Positions 36,441 to 45,378 of a DNA stretch of 64,000 nt are shown here, piece after piece. A program made the position numbers and the translations under genes. The DNA is taken from the IMG/VR virus record IMGVR_UViG_3300035698_022475, positions 32,001 to 96,000 of that record, one strand, 5' to 3'. Below the pieces are notes generated by a model. It was given only the letters and a program-made list of their open reading frames with translations. It had not been told where the DNA came from and made no database searches. This DNA comes from a virus. Each line of letters starts with the position of its first letter. Position 1 is the stretch's first letter.

Positions 36441-37784
36441 CTATTTCAACTTCCTTGTTCTCTCTGTGACTGGCGCCATCTCGGGACCACGCCAATGGGG
36501 TTTGATCCAAGTAGGTTTCCGGAGTTTGCGGTCCTTTCCGTACGCCTGAGAACGCCAATGGCCTGAGACCATATAGCGCACCTTTTGCTTGCTTCCAGTT
36601 CCGTGCTCGTCTCCTTCTTCGGACTCTTTCTTCCTGTCGATGGTGAACGAGCCTCCCAAGTAAATATGCTGCTCGTTGTCGGGGCGCTCTCGTAGTCGCC
36701 CAAACAGTTTCTGTCGCTTCTTGCCCTTCGCCCGCATCGCGCGCTCGTGCAGAGTTCTGTAGTCTTTAGATGCGTGCCGGAATACCTGGTCCGACTCGGA
36801 TGACGTCACGTAGAGTACTACGTTCATGATGTAACGAAACGCTTCCACAGTGTGGCTGTACATCATATTCCAGATGTCTCGGTGTACCTCAGCAACCTCA
36901 GACGCTATCTCTATGTCGCCAGCATCGGTCACTAGGATTTGGTCAGACTTCTCTCCCAAGGCGTGAGCTGCCGTGTGCTTCAAGCACGTATCTACAGTCT
37001 CTCCCTCCTTGAGAAGCACTGTGAAGTGGTAGATGGCGTCATCATAGGGAAGTCCCTCTCCATTCTCGTTCTTGCCAGCAACCATCACAATACGCCATGC
37101 TCTCGGAGACCGCAGACAGTCCTCCGATATGTACGCTCCTGCTGCTGAATGCCAAGAAGTCAACTCGTTGTAGATGCGGAACTTGGAAGGCAGCTCTATG
37201 TAGATGGCCGGGAACGGCAATCGCAAGTAGTCTGCGGGATAGTTCTTGATTGCTGTATGTTCCGGAAGAAGAGCCCACTCCAGTTCTGGGGCTACCTCGT
37301 AAATCTTTTTTCCGTAGTGTTCAAGTGCTTTGAAGTGGAACTTTGAAATCAAGGAAGCGAATACCGTCATCCGCAACTGCTCCTGAAGGAGGGGGGTAGC
37401 GTCCGGACCCCCCATGATCTGCACCATAGTGTGAATCAGAAACGCGAAAGGTGTAGCATGAGAAAACGTGGCGAAAGACGCTGCAACCTCCGTATTTCCC
37501 CGCGCTAAGAAGCGCTCGTACAAGTCATCAAAGACAACCCACGGAACGACGGACATCATGTAGCTCGTCTGTAGTGGGCTCCGCGAAACATCTTTCTCGT
37601 GTTCGCGCAGATCGAACAATAGGAAAGACCGCAGCGCGGTCTCGAATTTCTTCTCGAAGTCTGCTTTCCCGTCCGTGAGCGGATTGAGATCAGTTTCTTT
37701 TTTGGTCTTAGCCCAGACCTGTGAAATTTGATTCACGTAGGGTTCGAAGAATCGGTTGAGAACTTCGAAGTGTGCTTCAGCCAT
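36441..37784 (-). CDS. Conserved phage hypothetical protein (HWR...WI.PHWRG C-terminus)
   Basis: AGGAGG RBS; VSGHWRSQAYG...WIKPHWRGP motif. Confidence 0.65.
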   Translation of the reverse strand: MAEAHFEVLNRFFEPYVNQISQVWAKTKKETDLNPLTDGKADFEKKFETALRSFLLFDLREHEKDVSRSPLQTSYMMSVVPWVVFDDLYERFLARGNTEVAASFATFSHATPFAFLIHTMVQIMGGPDATPLLQEQLRMTVFASLISKFHFKALEHYGKKIYEVAPELEWALLPEHTAIKNYPADYLRLPFPAIYIELPSKFRIYNELTSWHSAAGAYISEDCLRSPRAWRIVMVAGKNENGEGLPYDDAIYHFTVLLKEGETVDTCLKHTAAHALGEKSDQILVTDAGDIEIASEVAEVHRDIWNMMYSHTVEAFRYIMNVVLYVTSSESDQVFRHASKDYRTLHERAMRAKGKKRQKLFGRLRERPDNEQHIYLGGSFTIDRKKESEEGDEHGTGSKQKVRYMVSGHWRSQAYGKDRKLRKPTWIKPHWRGPEMAPVTERTRKLK

Positions 37785-37843
37785 ATTGTTTACCTCCTAT
37801 ATACGTATACCAAAATACCCTACAATTTGAGTGGAGGTACCGA

Positions 37844-38422
37844 ATGCCATATTTTCCTAACGAGTTGGACACCCTCTCCCCTTCGGAGAAGTTTAAGAAG
37901 ATCTACTACCAAGAAGCGCGCATGTTCGACGTAGCTGAAGTACACGCCAAGGACAAGAAGTGGAAGCCCCTCTGGGCGGTCCTGGGCTTCTTCATGCGTA
38001 TTCTAAGCCGTGGGAAAGTAAAAGATCAGCAGCACGCCTACATCACAACACTGGGCAACAAGATCTTCTATCCCGCGGGTTGGCAGATAGATAAGGCTTC
38101 CGAACATGACTGCGCAGCCCTACGCCACGAACTTTGTCACGTCGGACAATACCGGAAACTCGGATTCGGTAGGGTGTGGCTGGGCTTCATTGTCTTCTTG
38201 TTCTTGTACCTGTTCGTCTTCTTTCCTATTGGTGTCGCTTGGTTCCGTTGGAGATTCGAAAGAGTAGCCTACAAAGCAGGCTGGGAGGCTGCGAAAGAAT
38301 TCAATCTCGAGTGGCGACCTAACCTCAACGACTACTGTGAGGCTATGACTGGGCCCCGCTACATTTGGGCATGGCCCTTCAAGTACCAGGTGTGTCGGTG
38401 GTTTAGGAAGAACTGTAAATAA
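37844..38422 (+). CDS. HEXXH zinc metallopeptidase-like membrane protein
   Basis: TTLG..IF, LRHELCHVGQY, TM segment, FERVAY; GGAGG RBS. Confidence 0.7.
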   Translation: MPYFPNELDTLSPSEKFKKIYYQEARMFDVAEVHAKDKKWKPLWAVLGFFMRILSRGKVKDQQHAYITTLGNKIFYPAGWQIDKASEHDCAALRHELCHVGQYRKLGFGRVWLGFIVFLFLYLFVFFPIGVAWFRWRFERVAYKAGWEAAKEFNLEWRPNLNDYCEAMTGPRYIWAWPFKYQVCRWFRKNCK

Positions 38423-38463
38423 AAAAAAGATCACGCGGTGCACGGGAGCATGCGTGATCTTTA
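38421..38463. terminator. Terminator between convergent genes
   Basis: AAAGATCACGC...GCGTGATCTTT inverted repeat with A-tract (U-tract on minus strand). Confidence 0.65.
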
Positions 38464-38530
38464 TGAGAATGACTAGCAACTAAAAACTACAATAACTATG
38501 ATGTTTTTTCAAGAGTTTACGACGTAAAAC

Positions 38531-38902
38531 TTAAGGGGGAGCTTCGGCCTCATTCTTGATTCTCTCAAGCTCCTCCCGCACATCGAACAGCATTGTGTAC
38601 TTACAGTGGTCGCATTTCACCGCAACGAAGATGTCCTTTGTAGGGAAATTTCCCATCGGACCAGCCCCCCGCAGGCTGATCAGAAGCCCTAAGAATGGAG
38701 ATACTACCCATCCCGCGTGGCTACAAACAGGGCACTGGATATGTTTTCCGGGAGCGAATCGCTGCCGGTACACCTTGAAGAATTTATCATCCACATCAGG
38801 CAGAGTAGACGCAGCGTACTCCAAAGCCTCCTTTGGAACTGCTCCGTCCATCATCTGCGAAAACTTATTGACGTCAAAACCTCCAAACTCATCAGCCCCC
38901 AT
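38531..38902 (-). CDS. Zinc-ribbon protein
   Basis: CPVC...CDHC.YTMLF. Confidence 0.65.
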   Translation of the reverse strand: MGADEFGGFDVNKFSQMMDGAVPKEALEYAASTLPDVDDKFFKVYRQRFAPGKHIQCPVCSHAGWVVSPFLGLLISLRGAGPMGNFPTKDIFVAVKCDHCKYTMLFDVREELERIKNEAEAPP

Positions 38903-39101
38903 CGTCGACTCCCTCCTCTGTGACGTCCGTAACCGTAATGGTCTGCTCCTCTAGAATGGCCTCAAGGACTCCGCTAATCATCCCGTTATCAATAAGATGG
39001 TCAACGCCCTCGTTCACAACGCCCTCGAAGTCGTAGAGGGTATGCCCCCCGTAGTTGTCGTACTCCAGGTCCAGCACGACTCGTATCTTCGTCTTTGCCA
39101 T
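38892..39101 (-). CDS. Small acidic hypothetical protein
   Basis: GAGGAGG RBS. Confidence 0.55.
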   Translation of the reverse strand: MAKTKIRVVLDLEYDNYGGHTLYDFEGVVNEGVDHLIDNGMISGVLEAILEEQTITVTDVTEEGVDDGG

Positions 39102-39130
39102 GAGTATTCCTCCTCTCATTTAGTAGCTAA

Positions 39131-39850
39131 TCATAGGCCAACTCGAGACAGATAGATGTGTAAAAACGCCTGCTCTTCCGAAGGCACCACATCCCAATCT
39201 CCTTTGTGTTTGTGGATCTTCTTGGCTATGTGGAGAGCGCGAGACTCTTCCGCCTCCATCCAGCGGCACGTTTCTTCTCTCCAAGAACCACACCAGCCCG
39301 AGATAGGCTCGTAGCGCCGATGGAGGCGCTGCATATCCACCAAGTTGTCAGGGGAAACAGTATCCCAGATGTCGTTCCACACGGCTCCATAGTGCACCCC
39401 TTGTGGGGGCTGATACTGGAGCGCATTTCCTTGAATGATTTCGACACGTCCGGGGAACTTCTTCTTGTAGTGTTTTCCTACAAGCGCAATGACTTCTGGA
39501 GCAAACTCGATAACTGTGACCTTCGTTACGTCAGCAGATAAGCACAGTGCATTAAGTACGACTCCCAAGCCAAGGCCGTTCACGAGAACGTGTCCCCGGC
39601 CTTTCTTGGCGATTTCCAAATGATCTCTGAGTTCACTGGGGGTATCGGACATCACCGTAATGTCTTTCTCGCCCGACCCCCGCAAGAGAGCTGTGTAGTC
39701 TCCAGCCTCAACACGCATGTCTTCGGTTCCGCGCAGGGAAGACTTTAGGTTATAGACCGCTGCTTGCTCGTGGGAAACTGTGAATTTGTGAATACGGTAG
39801 TTACCGACTTGCTTTTCAGGAAGATCCTTTACCTTCGGCAGTAGTTTCAT
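39131..39850 (-). CDS. Class I SAM-dependent methyltransferase (spermidine-synthase-like fold)
   Basis: MSDTP.E, VLVNGLGLG, VTVIE, GNA, DIW motifs. Confidence 0.8.
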   Translation of the reverse strand: MKLLPKVKDLPEKQVGNYRIHKFTVSHEQAAVYNLKSSLRGTEDMRVEAGDYTALLRGSGEKDITVMSDTPSELRDHLEIAKKGRGHVLVNGLGLGVVLNALCLSADVTKVTVIEFAPEVIALVGKHYKKKFPGRVEIIQGNALQYQPPQGVHYGAVWNDIWDTVSPDNLVDMQRLHRRYEPISGWCGSWREETCRWMEAEESRALHIAKKIHKHKGDWDVVPSEEQAFLHIYLSRVGL

Positions 39851-40436
39851 CTTTCTTGCTCCAGAGTTTATCAAGATACTTTTTCCTTTCCTCCATGTAG
39901 GCGGTTATTGCTGAGAACGTGACTAAGTTCCCCGCATGAGCATCGACGCCTACGTCCATACTCATCCCCCACGGTTCCAACTTCTTGTGTACATGCCCGT
40001 AGAGGTGCCAAGACCCGTGGTACGAAGCATTCCAGGACCGCATAGGATAATGACAAAGAACAATGCGCTTACCCTCAACGGTAACCTCTTGTATTTGGTT
40101 CCACCTAATTTCGAGCGGATGCTCACTCAGGGAGCGCAGCTCAAATTTTGGGTCGTTCTCTTTGGCGCCATCATACTCCCGCAGCCAGCGGTCATGATTA
40201 CCGGGAATCAGAATAATGCGCCCGCGCAGTAGTTCGATGATTTCCTGCACCTGGTAAAGATTACCAAAGCACAAGTCTCCCAGATGATAAACAGTATCGT
40301 CGTCTCCCGCAGTTTCATTCCAGGCGTTGATGTACGCGGCGTTCATCTCAAAGATGTTATTGTAGGGCCGCGTCTCTGTCTGGTATTGCAGGATATTACG
40401 ATGTCGAAAATGTTGGTCAGAAGTAAACAGTTCCAT
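39816..40436 (-). CDS. Calcineurin-like metallophosphoesterase
   Basis: SDQHF.H, LGD, GNHD, CHYP, LYGHVH motifs. Confidence 0.92.
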   Translation of the reverse strand: MELFTSDQHFRHRNILQYQTETRPYNNIFEMNAAYINAWNETAGDDDTVYHLGDLCFGNLYQVQEIIELLRGRIILIPGNHDRWLREYDGAKENDPKFELRSLSEHPLEIRWNQIQEVTVEGKRIVLCHYPMRSWNASYHGSWHLYGHVHKKLEPWGMSMDVGVDAHAGNLVTFSAITAYMEERKKYLDKLWSKKDETTAEGKGSS

Positions 40437-40443
40437 TGTTCTA

Positions 40444-40950
40444 CTATCCCATCAGTTCGGGGTAATCGAATTTCTTTCCGAGTGCTTCCGTAATATAGAT
40501 CTTCTTGTCAGACATTCCAGTACACTCCCGGCCTATGTCGTTACGCAAATGTGCGTGTGACGGAACACGGAGTCTCTGGTAAACAAAATCAATCCCTTCA
40601 ATGGTTGGCCTATAAAGACCACAAGCAGCATTCCCCCGGTTGGTGTCGTCGGAACGCTCAATTAAATCCCAATAGATAAGCAGAGAACCATTTGTACCAC
40701 CTACCTTCAAGTGGTTGTTCTCACGCAGAATCTCCTCCGTCGAGTACCACTTCGGATGCTGCTGATACTTCTTCACCAGCTTGATCAGGAAGAGTGCCAT
40801 CTCCGCGTGCAGGGGGCGCGCATAGATCTTCACCAGGCGATTGCAGTTTGGGCAAACACACCCCTCGTCCGCTAGACTCATTGTCAGTTCGCGCACCTTC
40901 TTCAGCGAGGCCTCCTCGCTGATCACTACTCTCTTTACTTTTTTTGTCAT
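40444..40950 (-). CDS. Hypothetical protein (CxxC, possible winged helix)
   Basis: CPNC; G.YR.T..G..F. Confidence 0.6.
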   Translation of the reverse strand: MTKKVKRVVISEEASLKKVRELTMSLADEGCVCPNCNRLVKIYARPLHAEMALFLIKLVKKYQQHPKWYSTEEILRENNHLKVGGTNGSLLIYWDLIERSDDTNRGNAACGLYRPTIEGIDFVYQRLRVPSHAHLRNDIGRECTGMSDKKIYITEALGKKFDYPELMG

Positions 40951-41194
40951 GTTGTATTCCTACCTCTTGCTCGAGCGTTTCGATCCTCTTGTCGTGTTCT
41001 TCTAAAACCTCTGAGATTGCTCGTTCCCTCTCGGCTCCGGCCTTCAAGAGGTGCTGGTTGAGCTTTGTGGTTTCGTTAAGCATACCAAGGAGCTTCGTTA
41101 CGTCGATTCGTTTGGTGTTTTTCCGTTCTTCACGTTGGGCTTTATTGTGGGTCTTCCGCTTGTTTCTGTCTGTTGTAGTTTTAGTTCTACTCAT
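40721..41194 (-). CDS. Basic coiled-coil hypothetical protein
   Basis: ATGA-coupled; C-terminus overlaps the next gene by about 230 nt. Confidence 0.45.
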   Translation of the reverse strand: MSRTKTTTDRNKRKTHNKAQREERKNTKRIDVTKLLGMLNETTKLNQHLLKAGAERERAISEVLEEHDKRIETLEQEVGIQHDKKSKESSDQRGGLAEEGARTDNESSGRGVCLPKLQSPGEDLCAPPARGDGTLPDQAGEEVSAASEVVLDGGDSA

Positions 41195-41655
41195 TCGGTG
41201 TCTCGCTTTCGACCCACACTGCGTTCGATGTAGGCCATCATGTCTTCAAGGTCGAGGTTGTTCAGCCTGCTCAGAAATACTGGGAGGGGCACTTGGGTTT
41301 CCTGGGGTTTGAACAGGGTGTTCTTCAGCGACCAGTGAGGAGAGATGAAAATACTGAGGCGTTCATGTCCGTCGATGATGTCAATAGTGTAACGGTAAAA
41401 GCTGTGGCGTTTAGATTGGAATTGGGTTTGAAACCATTCAATGACCTCAAAGCAATCCGTGAGGCTTATGGAATTTACCACAAAGCCTAATGTTCCCCTC
41501 CGTCGGTACTCCCCGCGAATGAGTACTGCATTGTAATTAGTGAGGTGCTCGAACTTTTCAAAAAGAAAGAGACACGCTTTGCGCATATTAGTGATGTAGT
41601 TGCACGTCTGGTGAAACGCTCGTTGCGCTGGATCCAAGTAGGTCTCCTTGCCCAC
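41191..41655 (-). CDS. Hypothetical protein
   Basis: Co-oriented ORF; start uncertain. Confidence 0.5.
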   Translation of the reverse strand: MGKETYLDPAQRAFHQTCNYITNMRKACLFLFEKFEHLTNYNAVLIRGEYRRRGTLGFVVNSISLTDCFEVIEWFQTQFQSKRHSFYRYTIDIIDGHERLSIFISPHWSLKNTLFKPQETQVPLPVFLSRLNNLDLEDMMAYIERSVGRKRDTE

Positions 41656-41705
41656 GTAAACTGGGCGGTTCGGATTCGTCCTCTTGTACCAGGGAAAGGT
41701 ACGTT

Positions 41706-42086
41706 TTAATCGAGGTAGAACACGGCGAGGTGGAGAAGGCCATTGCCTCCATCTGCTACGCGGCGCTCGCAGATACTGCCGCCACTCTTGGCGAACTCCT
41801 TCTCTTCAGTCCACTCTGCATATGCTCTTTCGAGCGATGCCGCGTCCCTGTGCTGGAAGAGCTTCAGCTTCTCATGCACATCTTTGACCGGAACGGGGGG
41901 CTCAGCTTCCGGAGCAACGGGAGGAGGTCCTAGCTCCGACGTCTCCGACGTCTCCTCTTCCGTGGGAAGCTCCTGCACGTCCTCAGCGGGAGGTGGGGTA
42001 CCTCCGTCTACGCTCTCAGGCTCGGGAGTAGGTTCTTCAGTCTTGGGCTCCGCGGGGAGCGTTACGTCATCTTTTTTCTTACCCAT
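41706..42086 (-). CDS. Pro/Glu-rich hypothetical protein
   Basis: AGGAGG RBS. Confidence 0.6.
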   Translation of the reverse strand: MGKKKDDVTLPAEPKTEEPTPEPESVDGGTPPPAEDVQELPTEEETSETSELGPPPVAPEAEPPVPVKDVHEKLKLFQHRDAASLERAYAEWTEEKEFAKSGGSICERRVADGGNGLLHLAVFYLD

Positions 42087-42134
42087 CAGACAGTCCTCCT
42101 GTGTTTTGTAGGTTTACGGACGTTAACACATTTT

Positions 42135-42383
42135 TTATGACGTCGGAAGTCTGAGGGCAAGGAAAGTTATGGTAATATATGGAGTGTCCACGTCCGCAGG
42201 ACGCGTGGGTCCGTAAACTGTGACCACGTCGGTATTCTGAGACATACTCTGAATTAGATACCCTGAAGAATCCATGAGGGTCAACCACATGGTAACCTCG
42301 GCTTGCAGAACATCCGCGTTCGCAGCCGGTCGCCGAAAGATCTGGACTATCTTACCTGCCGGCACGACGCATCCTATCAGCAT
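42135..42383 (-). CDS. Hypothetical protein
   Basis: Fills the gap on the coding strand. Confidence 0.4.
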   Translation of the reverse strand: MLIGCVVPAGKIVQIFRRPAANADVLQAEVTMWLTLMDSSGYLIQSMSQNTDVVTVYGPTRPADVDTPYITITFLALRLPTS

Positions 42384-43287
42384 GCCTCTCGAGGAGGCGC
42401 TCTGCTATCTTCTGGGCCATGCTGGTCTTCGTGACTCCCTCGAACGCTCCGGGCTCTGTGCCGTCCGAGATGGGCTTCGTCTGGGGCAACGACGACTCCG
42501 TAGTAGACCGGGTCTGCGTAAACAAGGTACTACGCTCCGCGGGCCGAGTCGTGGTCAGGGTGTTCGAAGGATTCGCGGAATCATCCAAGCTCTTCTTTTC
42601 CATGATGTCGATTACTTTCTGGGCCCACTTTCGGTCCTGGTCCTTCACTTTCGCAGGGAGCTTCACATAAGGCACGAAGTGCTTCTTCCAACGGGCTTTT
42701 CGTTCCGGCTTTATCTTCTCGGTCTTGGCTACGTCCTTCGCCCATGCTGCCCATTGGTCATGCTCCAACGCTGCGAGCTGCTCTATCTTGGTGCTCATGC
42801 GTGTTTTGAGAGCTTCCCGGAGAGCCTTCAGGCGCTTTTCTCCGAGACCCTTGTGTCCTGGCTTTGCTTTTGTGATGGCTCGCTCTTGTAGTTCGATGGC
42901 GTCTTCGAGCGGCCGGAACTTGATGTTCTTGATATGGTCGGATGGTTCAGACTTCTTGCCGACCGTCCCCTGAGACATACTTCCGATGGCAAAATACGTC
43001 CGAGACCCTCGGTACTTCTTCAGGCGATCTGTCTTCCCTGACTTGCGCCACCCCTCACGAACAACCTCGGATTCAGTGAACGGAGAGATACTCAGCCGCT
43101 GCACACTCTTGAGCTTGCGTCCCGACTCCTCTTTGAACTCACGTTTAGCAGCCTGAAGGACCGTCTCACCGCTATCGATTCCTCCGCCGAAAAGGCCGAT
43201 GCTGTTATCCGGATAAAGGCCCGAGAACACCCTGCCTTTCTCATCCAGCGCAACAACGTCGACCCGGTTTCGGTAGGGCTTGCCCAT
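42352..43287 (-). CDS. NUDIX hydrolase fused to RyR-like domain
   Basis: GGGIDSGETVLQAAKREFKEESG Nudix box; LAALEHDQW...VPYVKLP...KDQDR. Confidence 0.8.
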   Translation of the reverse strand: MGKPYRNRVDVVALDEKGRVFSGLYPDNSIGLFGGGIDSGETVLQAAKREFKEESGRKLKSVQRLSISPFTESEVVREGWRKSGKTDRLKKYRGSRTYFAIGSMSQGTVGKKSEPSDHIKNIKFRPLEDAIELQERAITKAKPGHKGLGEKRLKALREALKTRMSTKIEQLAALEHDQWAAWAKDVAKTEKIKPERKARWKKHFVPYVKLPAKVKDQDRKWAQKVIDIMEKKSLDDSANPSNTLTTTRPAERSTLFTQTRSTTESSLPQTKPISDGTEPGAFEGVTKTSMAQKIAERLLERHADRMRRAGR

Positions 43288-43418
43288 CAGCGTTCCAGGA
43301 GTTCCCGCACCGTCACTGAACCCTTCTTTATATCGGGAGTATGATCAGCCCACCGCTTGGCGATTCGCGGATGCTTGGCGAACATGAAGCGCTGTTGTGC
43401 TTTTGATTCAAAGGGCAT
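43287..43418 (-). CDS. 43-aa basic phage protein (MPFESKAQQRFMFAKHP...)
   Basis: AGGAGG RBS; TGATG coupling to NUDIX gene; not in ORF track. Confidence 0.65.
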   Translation of the reverse strand: MPFESKAQQRFMFAKHPRIAKRWADHTPDIKKGSVTVRELLER

Positions 43419-43423
43419 CAGAT

Positions 43424-44155
43424 CTAACCTCCTGGCCTAGCCGTAGGAGCATAAGCCCTTCCTGGCCGTACTGTATGCGCACCCCCGATAGCAGCCCTCT
43501 CTGCTTGAGCCGCCTGACGAGCCAAAACCTGCTGCCGTACGGCCTCGAAACGAGGCTGAAGCGCCGGAGGCGCACTCCGCATCAGGGTATTAAACGCCGC
43601 GGTCTGGCCGGGAGCAGGTACCATGTGAGCGGGAACCGCGCGCATGTACGCTTGCTGGGAATTCGCCAAAGTGGGGAACGGAAGCGGCTTCGAGGCGATT
43701 CCTGCAGCGCTACGAACAGCCTGCGGCTTACTCATTTGGAGAGGGCCCGACATATGCTGCTGGACTCTCGGGAGGCGAGTCTCGGGCCTACTCTTGATGA
43801 GAGGGTCAATCCACTCGCTTTTCTGCGTTAGAAGCTGCTTATGGCGTGGATCTGGAATCTTACCCAGGGTCTTGCGCACACCTTCGAGTTGCCTGTCAGC
43901 CTCGCGTCCAAACACGCGCTCTTGAGACTTCAACCGAGGGTCAGCTCCTCCTGTATTGAAGGCGCGAACGTCTCCCCGTCCCGAAAGGGCTTTCCCGGCA
44001 GCGTGTTGATGAGCCCGCACCTGGCCGGCTCTTCGCGCTTCTCCGGTCCATGCAGTCCACGGCTTGCCCTTGATGAATCCCTTCATCTTGCGCAGCCACA
44101 CCGGCACTGCCAGCTTCTCCAGCACAAATCGCATTACCTCAGGCTTGGCACTCAT
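43424..44155 (-). CDS. Basic low-complexity protein (possible internal virion protein)
   Basis: R/A/P/Q-rich; N-terminal VLEKLA. Confidence 0.5.
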   Translation of the reverse strand: MSAKPEVMRFVLEKLAVPVWLRKMKGFIKGKPWTAWTGEARRAGQVRAHQHAAGKALSGRGDVRAFNTGGADPRLKSQERVFGREADRQLEGVRKTLGKIPDPRHKQLLTQKSEWIDPLIKSRPETRLPRVQQHMSGPLQMSKPQAVRSAAGIASKPLPFPTLANSQQAYMRAVPAHMVPAPGQTAAFNTLMRSAPPALQPRFEAVRQQVLARQAAQAERAAIGGAHTVRPGRAYAPTARPGG

Positions 44156-44385
44156 TTCTTCCGGACTTTCTCAGTAACAGGTTCCTTACCAGGACACTCC
44201 ACTAGAATTATAGCTGTTTTGGCTGTTTCTTCCAAAGAGGAAGTCCTGCATTCAGGAGGATACTGAGAACGAACGTACTTATGGGCCCCCGATACGCAAC
44301 CACAAAACGACGTTATATACCCGAAAAGAAAGAGCACCCCCAGAACGAAGGCTACTAGAACAGTGGCTTTGTAGAGGGGGTTCAC
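44152..44385 (-). CDS. Small membrane/lipoprotein
   Basis: N-terminal hydrophobic helix followed by Cys. Confidence 0.5.
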   Translation of the reverse strand: MNPLYKATVLVAFVLGVLFLFGYITSFCGCVSGAHKYVRSQYPPECRTSSLEETAKTAIILVECPGKEPVTEKVRKK

Positions 44386-44404
44386 GTTGTCAACCGCAGG
44401 CGGC

Positions 44405-44728
44405 CTATTTGAAGACCGAGCGTGGTGTTGGCGCGGGTATAGAGGCAGCCGTCCCCTTGGCCTTCTGTACTTGGGACTTGAAGGTCGGCTGCATCTTCTT
44501 CTTCTGGGCGCCTACCAGCGCTTGACGCTTAGCCGGATCCATGGCGGCCATCCCCTTGCGAGTATAGTCCGCAGCACCCTTGATCTCATAGCCGAGCTTC
44601 GACATGGCATCCATGTAGCCCTGCTGCATCGGAGTCAGGTTCTGCTGACCGCCGTTCTCCGCCGCGAATTTCTCCTGCTCCAATTGAAGAGCGTGCTCGA
44701 GTGCCGTAGTCATGTTCTCCTCCTTCAA
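44405..44728 (-). CDS. Hypothetical protein
   Basis: AAGGAGG RBS (likely start MTTALEH). Confidence 0.55.
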   Translation of the reverse strand: MKEENMTTALEHALQLEQEKFAAENGGQQNLTPMQQGYMDAMSKLGYEIKGAADYTRKGMAAMDPAKRQALVGAQKKKMQPTFKSQVQKAKGTAASIPAPTPRSVFK

Positions 44729-44937
44729 CCCACCTTAACCGCATTAATATTGGTCACTGATGGGGGCTTCAGACGTGTTCCAGTTCTGGCAGGATCCTGC
44801 CACTTATTCTTCTTATCTCTTGAAGTTGCCGGGCCAAATCCCTTTTTAGGAGCGACGAAAGAGGAAGATGCCTTGGGGGCATCGGCTGCCACCTTACGCA
44901 GAACCTCGTCAGCAATTTGCGATACCGTCTTCTTCAT
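44725..44937 (-). CDS. Small basic hypothetical protein
   Basis: MKKTVSQIADEVLRKVA; coupled to next gene. Confidence 0.55.
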   Translation of the reverse strand: MKKTVSQIADEVLRKVAADAPKASSSFVAPKKGFGPATSRDKKNKWQDPARTGTRLKPPSVTNINAVKVG

Positions 44938-44972
44938 TGCGTAGTAATTATATGAGGAACATCCTCAAATAC

Positions 44973-45317
44973 CTAGTGTAAGTTCGTCACTCCTGTAATG
45001 TGGCTGTGAGGCCTACTATCCATTCCTGGAAGCTCCACGAGAAGCTCTTGTACCCGGGCCTTGAAATGGTCGACCATCAAATCAGCCGCATGCTCACAAA
45101 GAACAGGATCAACGAGAGCGTCACGCAGAGTAAGGGCCGCCCCCTCCATCATGACCTCGAGACAGTCACGCCACTGGGGCGTCCCGTCAGGCACCGCCGC
45201 CACCCCATGCTCTCGCGCATACAGGACCTGGACGCAGGTGTCGCCCTCCTCGTCATTGGCTTCAGGAGTGAGAAATTCATCTGTAATCTGTATCGTTACT
45301 TGTCTGTCCATAGACAC
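44973..45317 (-). CDS. Hypothetical protein
   Basis: Co-oriented ORF. Confidence 0.5.
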   Translation of the reverse strand: MSMDRQVTIQITDEFLTPEANDEEGDTCVQVLYAREHGVAAVPDGTPQWRDCLEVMMEGAALTLRDALVDPVLCEHAADLMVDHFKARVQELLVELPGMDSRPHSHITGVTNLH

Positions 45318-45333
45318 AGCATAAAGGATTCAC

Positions 45334-45370
45334 CCAAAAAAAGAAAAGGACTTTTGTAGCCCTTTTCTCT
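45334..45370 (-). terminator. Intrinsic terminator
   Basis: GAAAAGGGCT...AGTCCTTTTC followed by T-tract on minus strand. Confidence 0.65.
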
Positions 45371-45378
45371 TGAAGCAC

